This document shows, one piece after another, positions 23,466 through 34,507 of a stretch of DNA of 64,000 nucleotides. Below the pieces are notes generated by a model that was given only the letters and a program-made list of their open reading frames with translations, had not been told where the DNA came from and ran no database searches. The translations under genes and the position numbers were made by a program. The number at the start of each line of letters is the position of its first letter. Positions within the stretch are counted from its first letter, which is position 1. This DNA comes from Schmidtea polychroa (Eukaryota): NCBI GenBank assembly GCA_044892525.1, contig CM097885.1:44580001-44644000 (forward strand), written 5' to 3'.

Positions 23466-23930
23466 ATGACTCCTTCAATATTAGATTTTTTAAAAACATT
23501 TGGAATAAATGCAAAAACAAATTTTGATTTAAAAGATTATGCAAATTATTTAAATTTAAAAATTAAAATATTAATGAATGATGAATTATCAAGTCTGGAG
23601 AGTCCCCTGAATATAATAATCAATTATCAAAATTCAAATGAAAAAGGATCTCATTAGGTTTGTATATATAAGAAATCTATCTACTTTGATTCTTTTGGGA
23701 TTAAACCTACTAAAGAAGTTGAAGATTATCTCTTGAGGGGTTCTCCGATTGATTCCCCAAATGGTTATACTTTTAACTCTTTACAAGTTCAACCTTTGAA
23801 TACTAAAATATGTGGTATTTTAAGTTTATATGTTTTGTATAGATTGAATAAGGGAGAGGGAAAGGGGCATACGCAGGATTTTGAATCTATAATTCAAGAA
23901 ATTTATAATGATCTAAAATCTCTACTATAA
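23466..23930 (+). pseudogene. Adenain-type (C5) cysteine maturation protease with an in-frame stop
   Basis: One frame reads ..KGSH*VCI..YFDSFG..QVQPLNTKICG..; the TAG at 23655-23657 replaces the conserved Trp (TGG) after the catalytic His. Confidence 0.92.
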
Positions 23931-23978
23931 GGATTTTTACTATAAGGATTTTTACTATATGAATTTACTACTAAAGAA

Positions 23979-24743
23979 ATGGAGCTTCACAACCCTCCGG
24001 AAGATAATTTAAAAAAAATGGTAAACATAATGTCAGATAAATATTCAAGAACTTTATCTATAAATTCAAAAGAATCAGAGTTTACTATAAACTTTCAAGA
24101 TTCAATTAAATTAGATCAAAATTTAAATTATGAATTGGGGCTATTATGGTTTTGTGCTTATAATACTATTTTTAATATAACTAAAGATAATAATAAATTT
24201 ACTATTCAAACTCGTGATGGGCATAAACCAGAAATTATAACAATAGAACCTGGGGCATATGAGATAAAAGATTTAAATGATATACTTTCTATAAAAACAA
24301 ATGAAGGAATTAAAATTAAAATGGATATACCAACTTCAAAATGTGTAATGACTTTGAAGAATATAAAAATTAGTTTTTTAGATAATTGTTTCTTTCACAC
24401 AGTTTTAGGATTTAAACCTATGGATATAACAATAAAAGAAGATAAAATAATAACATCAGAACATATTATAAAAATAATAAATACAAACACAATAAATATT
24501 CATTGCGATTGTATAACAGGTTCTTATAATAATGGTAAACAAACAAATGTTTTATATTCCTTTCCCTCAAACACAGTTCCTATGGGATATAAAATAGTTG
24601 AAAGAATGAATCCTCCAAATTATTTACCTTTATGTAGAAAATATATAATGGATATTAATTTTAAAATTCTTAATCAAGAAGGAGAATTGATTGATTTTAA
24701 TGGAGAAGAGATTTCAATGTATTTACATTTGAAACAGGTTTGA
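23979..24743 (+). CDS. Minor capsid protein (penton, single jelly-roll)
   Basis: IEPGAYEI, IHCDCITGSY.NG, LYSF, P.YLPL and NQEGELIDFNGE motifs typical of Polinton minor capsid proteins. The start could be the Met at 24018. Confidence 0.88.
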   Translation: MELHNPPEDNLKKMVNIMSDKYSRTLSINSKESEFTINFQDSIKLDQNLNYELGLLWFCAYNTIFNITKDNNKFTIQTRDGHKPEIITIEPGAYEIKDLNDILSIKTNEGIKIKMDIPTSKCVMTLKNIKISFLDNCFFHTVLGFKPMDITIKEDKIITSEHIIKIINTNTINIHCDCITGSYNNGKQTNVLYSFPSNTVPMGYKIVERMNPPNYLPLCRKYIMDINFKILNQEGELIDFNGEEISMYLHLKQV

Positions 24744-24767
24744 AGATTCATTTTAAATTATTAATAA

Positions 24768-25778
24768 ATGAGTTCTTATATTCCATGTAATAGAGGTGGT
24801 GGAACAATAAAAACAGGGTTTAATACAGAAGAAATATTAACTTTAACAGAAAATAAATATATTAATGAAAGAGGTGATTCAATGAAGGGTGATTTAATTT
24901 TAAATGGACACAAGATAAAAGAATTATCTTTTCCAACTGATGAAGCTGATGCAGTTAATAAGAAATATGTAGATGGTGTTAAAAAATATACTGATTTAAC
25001 AACAACAAGAATTGAAAGTTCATTAACAACAAAAATTGATTCAATGGAATCAAAGCTTAATAATATCGAACAACGATTTAATGATAAATTTGACAAGTTA
25101 CAAAGTCTGTTAACTGAACAAGTTGTAAAGTTAAATACTGCTATATTAAATTCTAAAGATAAACAAATTATGAATACTAAATTTAATACAATATATAAAA
25201 TAATAAATGAGATGATTACATCATTTAATAAAAGAATTTCAAATTTAGAGTCTCATGGAACACACATTAACACCACACATAGTATTAGAAAAAGAGCTGC
25301 TGAATTAGAACAGAATAAAACATTATTACCCCATACATATAAACATTTTATAGAACCAAGTTTAATAACAACAAACAGTAAAGAATGGGGTGTTTTTATG
25401 GTTGTAAAAATTATTGATCCTTATTTCTTTTTGTTTGATGATGATAATGAAAGAATGAAATGGTTTGTGAAATGTGATTATAATAGTAAGCTTGAAAAGG
25501 GTGATGTTATAATGACTAGTTATGATTTACCACACGGAGATTGGTATGTTAATACTCATTCACATGGACTACATAAAGTTAAAAGTAAGAATATTCATTT
25601 TTCTAGTTCACTTGTACAATATATAGATTTAATATTTTATGAAAAAAAGGTTGATGTTGATGAAGTTCGTAAAGCATTGAGAGAATTGTATAAAGACATC
25701 CTCTCAACAAGAGTTTCTTTTGATATCCGAGTATTGGTACCAGATGGTGCTCAGAAGAATAAAGTCTTATTTTTTTAA
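24768..25778 (+). CDS. Fibre/spike-like protein
   Basis: GDSMKGDLILNGHKIKELSFPTDEADAVNKKYVD is a tail-fibre-type repeat. It is followed by a long coiled coil and a beta-rich C-terminal domain, directly after the penton gene. Confidence 0.65.
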   Translation: MSSYIPCNRGGGTIKTGFNTEEILTLTENKYINERGDSMKGDLILNGHKIKELSFPTDEADAVNKKYVDGVKKYTDLTTTRIESSLTTKIDSMESKLNNIEQRFNDKFDKLQSLLTEQVVKLNTAILNSKDKQIMNTKFNTIYKIINEMITSFNKRISNLESHGTHINTTHSIRKRAAELEQNKTLLPHTYKHFIEPSLITTNSKEWGVFMVVKIIDPYFFLFDDDNERMKWFVKCDYNSKLEKGDVIMTSYDLPHGDWYVNTHSHGLHKVKSKNIHFSSSLVQYIDLIFYEKKVDVDEVRKALRELYKDILSTRVSFDIRVLVPDGAQKNKVLFF

Positions 25779-25786
25779 TTATTAAA

Positions 25787-26383
25787 ATGGAAGAAGTAAG
25801 AGAAGAAAAAATTTACCCAGAATTGAGATCATCAGGATATTATTCTTCCAAGGCCTCGGCTCCCACAGAACTTGAAATTATGAGAGTAAAAGAATTTAAA
25901 TCAGAAACCTTACATTTACAAGATTTATTAAAGCATTATAAAAAAATTAAAAATAGATGGAATAAAGGGAATACAGTTTTAAAAGTTATAGGTTATTCTT
26001 TAGGATTTGCATCTGCAATATTAACAGTTATTTTACCCATAACTTTACCAGTTGTTACTCTTGCACCTGTAATACTTGGAAGTATTTCTGTGGCTGATGG
26101 TTTCTTAACTGAAATAGTTTCATTATCTTATACTTCTAAAAAGAAAAGTTTATATAGAGAAGTTTGTTTATCAATAGAATTAGGAATCTCTAAATTATTT
26201 TTATTTCAATTAAAAGCTTTGGAAGATGGAATCCTGACAGACGAAGAAATAATGAAATCAAATCAAATAATACAAGATATAAAGAATGAGGTTATAAGAT
26301 TAAAAAGGGAGGGCATGGTGGCTAATGTTATAAGTAATAAAAAAACATCTCGAGAAAAATGGTTAAAGAATTCTTACTTATAA
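25787..26383 (+). CDS. Putative membrane protein of the Polinton
   Basis: 198 aa with N-terminal IYPEL and a hydrophobic hairpin (VIGYSLGFASAILTVILPITLPVVTLAPVILGSISV). Confidence 0.7.
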   Translation: MEEVREEKIYPELRSSGYYSSKASAPTELEIMRVKEFKSETLHLQDLLKHYKKIKNRWNKGNTVLKVIGYSLGFASAILTVILPITLPVVTLAPVILGSISVADGFLTEIVSLSYTSKKKSLYREVCLSIELGISKLFLFQLKALEDGILTDEEIMKSNQIIQDIKNEVIRLKREGMVANVISNKKTSREKWLKNSYL

Positions 26384-26477
26384 AATGGGTGTATTTTTAA
26401 AAAAGTAGATCAGGTTGCTATAGTTGCTTAAATTAATTGTCGACATTTTATTATTAAAAAATTAAATATCGTTGGTT

Positions 26478-27032
26478 TCAGTTATGGTTGAAAGCCAACC
26501 TATGAATCATTAATTTATGATCTTTAAATTCTTTATCACTTAGATCTTTTATATATTCAGGATCAGTATTAAAATATTTAAGTTCTAAACATATAGGATT
26601 AAAAACTTGAGAATATAAAGGTTTCTCGATTTCTCTCTCGGGATAAATAATTTCAACATTATAAATATCAAGATCAGTAATCTTTGTATCATATAACTGA
26701 TTCAACTTTTCTAGATTTTTTATTATCGGTATTAAATTATTTCCTATAGGAAGAGTTGTCTTTAAATCACTTAGTATGAATCTCTTATCATCATAATTTG
26801 ATAATGATATTTTTTGAGATTCTATCAAGTGAATATCATGGTTTTCACTTTTAAGTTGATGTATTTCATCAATTTTATCTTTATGATTTGGATTCAATGT
26901 ATCTATATAATCTTGATGAGAAAGATTCTTTGCAACCACTCTCTGTATTCCTTTACATCTGTTATCCTTTAAATTAGTAATATTTTTTATAATTTCAAAA
27001 ATGTTATTTTCTTGATTTTTAGTTTCCATCAT
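26478..27032 (-). CDS. Stand-alone paralogue of the pPolB C-terminal region
   Basis: 184 aa with its own TAAAATG start. KGIQ...NYDDKRFILSDLKTTLPIGN...ELKYFNTDPEYI aligns with the end of pPolB 600 bp away. Confidence 0.8.
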   Translation of the reverse strand: MMETKNQENNIFEIIKNITNLKDNRCKGIQRVVAKNLSHQDYIDTLNPNHKDKIDEIHQLKSENHDIHLIESQKISLSNYDDKRFILSDLKTTLPIGNNLIPIIKNLEKLNQLYDTKITDLDIYNVEIIYPEREIEKPLYSQVFNPICLELKYFNTDPEYIKDLSDKEFKDHKLMIHRLAFNHN

Positions 27033-27056
27033 TTTATAGTGTTAAAATTCTAATTC

Positions 27057-30000
27057 TTAGACCAGTCGTAATTGATTTATAATTATTTCTGCAATAATGC
27101 TTTTTAACATTAATTTATGTGATTTAAAGTCTTCTGGTGTTAGTCCTTGGATATATTCAGGATCAGTATTAAAATATTTAAGTTCTATAGGTTTTATATT
27201 TTGAACTTGATTATATAAAGGTTTAGGAATTAATATTTCAGGATATTGGATTTCTACTTTAGCAAGTTGAAGGTCTGTAATCTCTAGGTTATAAATTTCA
27301 TTTATTTTATCAAGATTTTTTATTATAGGGATTAAATCATTTCCAATAGGTAATGTTGTCTTCAAGTCAGAAAGTATAAATCTTTTATCATCATAATTTG
27401 TTATAGCAATCTTGTTACACTCTTCAAGATATATATTATGTTTCTCTGATTTAAGATGATGGGTTTTAGCAATTTTATTTTTATAATTTATATTTAATGA
27501 ATCTTTATACTCTTGATGTGTGAAGGTTTTTGACACTGATTTTTGAATTCCTTTACTTTTATTTTCTTTATAGCTTTTCGGGTTTTCAGGGAATGAAGGA
27601 TATTCAAATGTGTGATCTATTTCAACAGATCCTTCTCCCTCCCCTATTATAAATTTTATTGTATGCTCTTTCATAATTGGTTTGTTTTTCATTTCAAGAG
27701 AATATTGTTTAGGTCTAATAAACACTCCTCCACTTATTGGAGTATTTGGTTTTTCATCTTTAAAAGTAAATAATTCTCCAGAGTTGTTTATTAATTTATT
27801 TAAGGTTTCGTTTTCACTTATTTCCTTTTTTAAATCTTTATTATGACCTTTTAAAAACATACTATCAGTGTCCATAGCATGCATGGATATTCGATCTCCA
27901 AAATGTGGTACTAGAACATCATAGTAGGTCTCATACATTTGAAGCTTTGAAAGTTCTAAAATTGAAAAACCTATAAAGATTGGTTTATTATAAGTTTTTA
28001 CAGAGTTTTTAATCTCTATAGCTATAAGGTTACTAGAGAATATCTCTGCATTTTTAAATGTAGGCTTTCCAATTATTCGATTATATTTATTAAGATCTTT
28101 TGTTGTATTGGTTAAGAGCTCTACACGAGTATATTTATCAATTTTCTCCATTGTCTTTCCAAAGACTGCATTGTTTAAAAGTTTATAAATCATATCAAGA
28201 AAAGCATTTCCAGCTCTCTTTGCTGCATTTCTTTTTAAGATATTTCCCTCGATGAATTTTTTGATAAAAGGAGCTTGTCGGAATTTAATTATAGAATGTA
28301 CTTTTTTTTAAAACCATTCCATGTGAGAGATAAAACTGGAGGAGTCTATAATGACAAAGATAATCAGTTTTATCTGTTTGATCACATAAAAGTTTTATAC
28401 ATGGTGTTCTATTCTGAGCAATCTGCCAATCTGATAGTTCTTCAGGAGAGATCTTTCTTCTTACAGGAGCAAATGGAAAATATCTAGTTCTGGATTTTAT
28501 TTCATTGGGATATTCAAGATCACATTCTACAACATATCCAAATTGAGAATCTTTTGGTGTTTTTAGAATTTCTTGTATTAATTCCTCAGTGGGTTCTTTC
28601 CAGGTGAACTTGCCAATTGGAAGGTATTGAGTCATTACTCCCGCATATAAAGCTGTTGCATCTATATACATTATTTCAGAAGGATTAGAAAGACCTTCCA
28701 TTATTTCCTTACGATCTTCTGGGTTTGTTATTTCTACATATAGAGCATCAGGATCTTTGAAAAATTTAGGATAAAGAGTTGTAAAATTATTAGCATTTAT
28801 TTCTCTATTCCCTTATACTGAAGAAATACCTCCTCTAATATTATGTTTATATACATTAAACATATCAAGCTCAACTAATAATTCAATAGTTTTATTTCTT
28901 ACTGCTACATCTTCATCAGTCCATATGGTATATAATAATATATCCCAAGCTAGAGAGGGAGCGGTTATATAATTATAAGGTTTTAATTCAAAAGCTTTTG
29001 AAAATGTCTCGAAGCAATCAGCTAAGATATAAACATCCAAGGAAAGATACATGTCAGTATATTCTCCAAGGTTTCTACAGTTGAATAGATTCCACATTTT
29101 AACTGCACGGGAATATTCCTGATCAGAAATCCCTGATTGTGTTAAAACAGAAAAGAAATCTTCTTGGGGTGGGAGTAATTCATTATATTTTTCAAAGGAG
29201 TCTATATAATCATATGGATAGATTCCTTTTGCTAGACAGGTATTATATTCCTCTAATGGAATATTGTTTTTTAATAACACATGTTCTTTTGTATATTTAA
29301 AATCCTCAGGGTTCATAGTTTTAGCAATCCCATCCAAAGACATCCCTAAGAAATTTAACGAGTCCAAAAACTTAAAGCATCCATATTGAATGCTTTTATA
29401 TTTTTCTTTTGTAAGTCCAATAACCTTGAAAGAGTTTTTAGCATTTGCGGCCAGATGCTTAATGAATAGGTGAATATCATAGCCAAAAAGATTGTGAAAT
29501 ATAAATGGTATGTGTGTTGGTTTTTTACAATTGAGATTACATTTTTTATGGGCTGCTCCTCTGTAATTATTTTCTCTTTTAAGATGATCATGGTCTGCAA
29601 CCTTTGGCTCCTCATCCTCCTCCTCCTGAATATCAAACTCTTGTTTACACATCCAGCAGTGTGTTGCATTTTTATATTCTTCCTCTTGTTCTTCTGAAAA
29701 ATTCATAGGAAAGTTGGATTTTAATATTATATATAATTCATGTTCTAGATTATTTAAAGTTTTAACAAAATGATCTAGAGTCTCTTTGTCAGAAGTTCCT
29801 CTAAATGAATATTCTCTAGATTCTACAAGTTCTGGATAATTACTTTTAAAAAACATTTTATAAGCAGAGGGTAATTGTTTTGTTAGTTTTACAGTATTAG
29901 TTTTTGTTCGTCTTAGTTTTACATTTATAGCTTCAAAATCACAATAAACCACTCCCAATGCTTCTAATAGATTGGAATAGTTTTTAAACCTCATATTAGC

Positions 30001-31452
30001 ATTTTTCTTGTGTGGCATTTTTATTAAAGCAGGTTGATTCTTACAACAGAGTCTCTCATGTTTAATAGCAGCAAGTTTTGAACTTGAATGATATAAACAT
30101 CTTTTACAACATATGCCTCCACGAATGAGTGTGTTTCCTTTCATAAAACTTTGAAAATTCTTTATTAAGATATAATGAAGTTTTTTATCTAACATAGTGC
30201 CTCCGGACGCAGTGCTTTCTGCTTCTGGTTCTAATGAAATGCCTTCTTCTGCTTCTCTCCTCGGGTGAACGCTTTGAACCTCTTCACCATATTCTTCTCC
30301 ATCAAAGTCTTCATCTGGTTTACCTTCTTCTAATATTAAAAGATCTACTTCTCTCTTTTCATCTGAGATTTCCATGTTAGAAATGTAAATAGGAATAATG
30401 TGTTTATAATTTTTATTTTTTCTAGTTTTTGTAATTTTGGTTGGAATGAATTGATAAATATTAATTTTAAGATTATTTAATTTTTCAAATGCTGGAACAT
30501 CTTCAATTTTCATTGGGTGGGAAAACTCTTTTGGATAAATTAATTCAGATTCATATTCTTCATATTTTTGAACTCTCTGTGGGTTAGTTGCTTGAGGATG
30601 TAAGTGTGCAAGTATTGACCATTGAAAACATTTATTATCTTTATTCTGTACATTTATAACATGGTTGGAGGTGAATGGTGTGCGAATAAAAGATTTAGGA
30701 TTTGGAGGTGCGCCTCTCCAGTATTCAATCTCTATATTTTGAAAAGAGTGGAATCTTAAATTAGATTCTCCTAGTTCTTGTTCCACCTGTTCTTGTTTTT
30801 CTTCCAATTCTTTAGCTATATCATTAACAAGTTTATTTCCTGCTTTTGTAGAAAATAAATATTTATATGAGGTTTCAATTTTTACATCTAGAGGCATTGC
30901 GATTGAATCATCTCCTCTCCAGTATTTTGCATTTCCTGTAAATTTAACTTTTATAACATTAAATCTTGATCTACCAAATTTTTTTATAGCATCATCCATT
31001 GATGATATTATTTTTTTTTTATTTTCTCTTATATATTGCATGATTGATCTGGGTCCTCGTTTTACTTCTACAATTACATCGGTGTGATTGAAGTTGTCCC
31101 AATTAAACTCTAGTTTTTCAGCTTTTTCAGTCATTGAGTTTGAATCAGAATCTTTTGCTTCAAGACCACAATCTTCTATGTGTCTTAAGTAAAAAGATTT
31201 TATCTTCATCTTTTTTCCACATGCTGAACATTCGAATATTTCTCTGTTTTTAGGAACTCCAATACAATTTTTAAAATGCTTCTTATAACCTGAAAATAAA
31301 TATCTATCCTTACATTTAGAACAGATTTTGGAATTAGTGTCATCTAGTGTGTTAGCTTTTATTAAATGGTCTTTTGATTTTTTATGAGATGTTAAAGCAG
31401 TTTTATTTTTAAAATTTTTTTCACAAATTTCACAATTGAAAATAGCTTCCAT
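27057..31452 (-). pseudogene. Protein-primed family B DNA polymerase (pPolB) with N-terminal zinc fingers and an endonuclease-VII-like insert; two lesions
   Basis: Exo CDFEA and FHNL.GYD, RGG, motif A YIDATALY, motif B KLLNNAVFGK, motif C MDTDS. In-frame TAA at 28813-28815. One extra A in an A8 run at 28302-28309; removing it restores LKKVHSIIKFRQ. Confidence 0.95.
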
Positions 31453-31555
31453 TTTTAAAAGAATTTTTTGGTTGGATACGATGTTTTGGTTTTGATATTA
31501 ATTTTTATTAATTTTTAAATCCTTATAACGTTAAATTCTTAAATCCTTTAAATCC

Positions 31556-31818
31556 TTAAATCCTTAAGACCAAGTAGTGAGGAATCTATGCACCCCGTTA
31601 CCTTTTCTCGGAATTACTAATCTATAAATACATCTATTCCGAACTTTTTTACTTTTAAGGGAAGAAATTAAGGGTTAATGGCAATAGGGGACAAAGTTTA
31701 AAAGTTTAAAAAAGTGAAGAATATGGGGTAAAAAAGCATATAAATGTGGAAAATATGGGTCAATAGCGCTGTTTTTTTTAAGGGTGGGGGTGCTGGGGTG
31801 CATAGATTCCTCACTACT
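31556..31818 (-). repeat. Right terminal inverted repeat of the Polinton
   Basis: Reverse complement of 16654-16916, with an internal copy of the 24-bp terminus at 31573-31596. Confidence 0.97.
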
Positions 31819-32985
31819 AAATCATAACTATTACATAGTTTCTGTATATAACTTTTGACACAGATAGTAGACTGATGACAAGGATAATTTTTATTTTTTT
31901 AGTGTTTTATATTATGTAAATATTTTCATTTCAAGAAATAAAAAATTTAAATTTAACCTGTTATTGTGTAATTAAATTTTATGAAAAAATTTATATTATA
32001 CGTATATATATATGAAAAAAATTCCATTTTTGACTATTTATTGAAAATTAGTTAATAATTATTAAGATGATAATATGCATAACTTTGTATTTTTACAAAC
32101 TTAGAGTTTGATATTCTGTGCTCATAAAATACAAATTGTATCATTTTTGCATCAAAATGAAATAAATAGTTAAGATAACTTCGTACTGTAAACTTAAGAT
32201 CTGTTAAAGAAAGTTTCAAATATTTCAAAAACGTTACTGTATCTTTGAATGGTACTTCTTTCCATAAACATTTTAATGAAATCCAAGTATATGTAGTCAG
32301 TTGACATACAGAATCATATTAAATGGCCCTGGTTTACTATCATTTTAGAGTAAATAAATTATTTATTGAATAAATTAGATTAAAATTAGTCACTAGCATT
32401 TTTTTTAAGATTTGAGATTTGATATAGTTATTTTATTTTGATATAATTTTTATATTATAAAAACTTTTTTTTCAAATTTCATCACTGATTTCTTTTCCAT
32501 TGACATTGTATTTATTATATTAAATATATCGATGTTTTTTGATAAATTCGCTTGAAAAAAGCAGTGCCGTGAATATCAAAAACATCTATATATTTACTGA
32601 TTTATAGTCTTCAAGCTTTTTAATAAATAATTTTTATTATTTTTAATTTTAGCACTCTATAAATCTTCTAAAAATTGCAATTTAAAATATTTTTAACCAT
32701 ATTTAATATATAATACCTAATAATTTAATAATTGAATAGTTTAATAGCAGCATTTATTAGTTAAAACAATAAAGTGATAATTTAGGCCTTTTGTCGCAAA
32801 TAATGTATTTAATGAAAAAAAATTCGACTATAAGATAGTCCTTGTCAATCTCTTGGTTTAATGGTTTAATAATTTAAAAGTTTAATAATTTAATAGTTTA
32901 ATGATTTAATAATTTAATAATTAAATGGGTTGTTGTTGTTTTAAATGTAGTTAATTATTAAGTTAAATAAGTTTTAAGTTTATAG

Positions 32986-33160
32986 CAGGGGTTTCAAACT
33001 CAAACTGGCCTGCGGGCCGCATTAGACTAGTATTATGAGCCGGCGGGCCGCAACATAAATAATTGTTTTTCAGAACATGTGGAGTCTGAAACTCCGACGT
33101 TAATATTTATTTAATTAAAAATTCAACAAAACTAAAAAACAATTTTTTATTATTAATAAA

Positions 33161-33236
<76 letters not shown>

Positions 33237-33381
33237 TGTTTAACGTCATATGTATAAATAAACATAATTAAAAAGATAAGTTTTAATTTATACAGCCAAT
33301 TATGATTTTAATTGTTAAATAAGTTTGGTTAAATTACAAATCTATGTTTTTTCGTTGCGGGCCGCGTGTTTGAGACCCCTG
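32986..33381. mobile_element. hAT-type MITE
   Basis: TIR CAGGGGTTTCAAAC / GTTTGAGACCCCTG with a perfect 8-bp TSD GTTTATAG. Confidence 0.93.
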
Positions 33382-34365
33382 GTTTATAGATTGTTAAAAT
33401 TAAAATTTGTTTGATTGTTATAGTTTTGTCATATTCACAGTAAGTAATTTGTAAAAAAATCTATAAAAGAAAAACATTTTTTACACAATTCCAATATCAA
33501 TATAAATTTTAAAACAATTTCCCGATGTGCTTTGCGGGCTACAAAAAATTCACCGGGTGCTGCAATTGTCCTTCAGTGTACATTTTCAAAATTTAATCTT
33601 TCTTTTTGTCAAAAGCATTAGCTGAACATTAAAAAAGAATAATTTTAATATTTTAATAAAATTTATATTTATATTTTATATTTAATTCATTATAAAAATT
33701 ACCACTATTAGTAATAATTCATGGTTTCTTAGTAACTGCAGATTGTAAATTATATACTTTAATATGAAAAAATTACAGAAATAGCTATGATTTGTATTAT
33801 CATCAAAAAAGGTTTATTTATATAATTTCCAGCAAAGTTTAATATTGTTATTTATTTTGATGTATATCTTTGACGAATATTATTCAAAAAATAAATAAAA
33901 ATCACGAAGTGATTGTTATAAAGCACAATCAGCCTAACCTAAAAACTAAATGATTAACCAAATTATGATTATCAAATAATAAACTATAATAATTAAAGCC
34001 ATTATATTTAAAACAATATAGTTTGGAAATATTAAATTTACAAAAATAATAAATACTTGGAAATATCTTTAAATTTGCGTTCACGATACATATCATCAAA
34101 AACCTCAATTAATTTTTTTATAAGATGATTCATTAAGAAAGCCGTTGCCCAAATAAAAACATACAAATATAAAAGTGTTTTATTGCTTGTTATTGTTGTG
34201 AGTGGTATTTTCTTTGCTTATAAGAATGCATTGTTTACGTTTACGATAGATTTATAGTAATTTGTGATTGGTCACTCACTGTGGCCAAGTATTGTTTTGT
34301 CATTGTTACGCGTAAGAATATCATGTGAATGGTGTTCCGCGCCTTTATATTATTTGAGAACCACT

Positions 34366-34507
<142 letters not shown>

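Larger units (their letters stand above)
16654..31818. mobile_element. Full-length Polinton/Maverick (adintovirus-like endogenous virus), 15,165 bp
   Basis: AGTAGT...ACTACT termini, ~263-bp TIRs, 6-bp TSD AAATCA (16648-16653 and 31819-31824), and the core gene set pPolB, rve integrase, ATPase, protease, major and minor capsid proteins. Confidence 0.98.

Noticed and set aside
28295..28315. Programmed ribosomal frameshift at TTTTAAAAAAAAG in pPolB
   Set aside because: The heptamer would favour -1, but restoring the frame needs +1. An extra A in a homopolymer (mutation or assembly error) is more likely.
15375..29697. Short antisense or alternative-frame ORFs overlapping the GPCR and Polinton genes
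   Set aside because: Shadow ORFs of real genes, with no motifs of their own.
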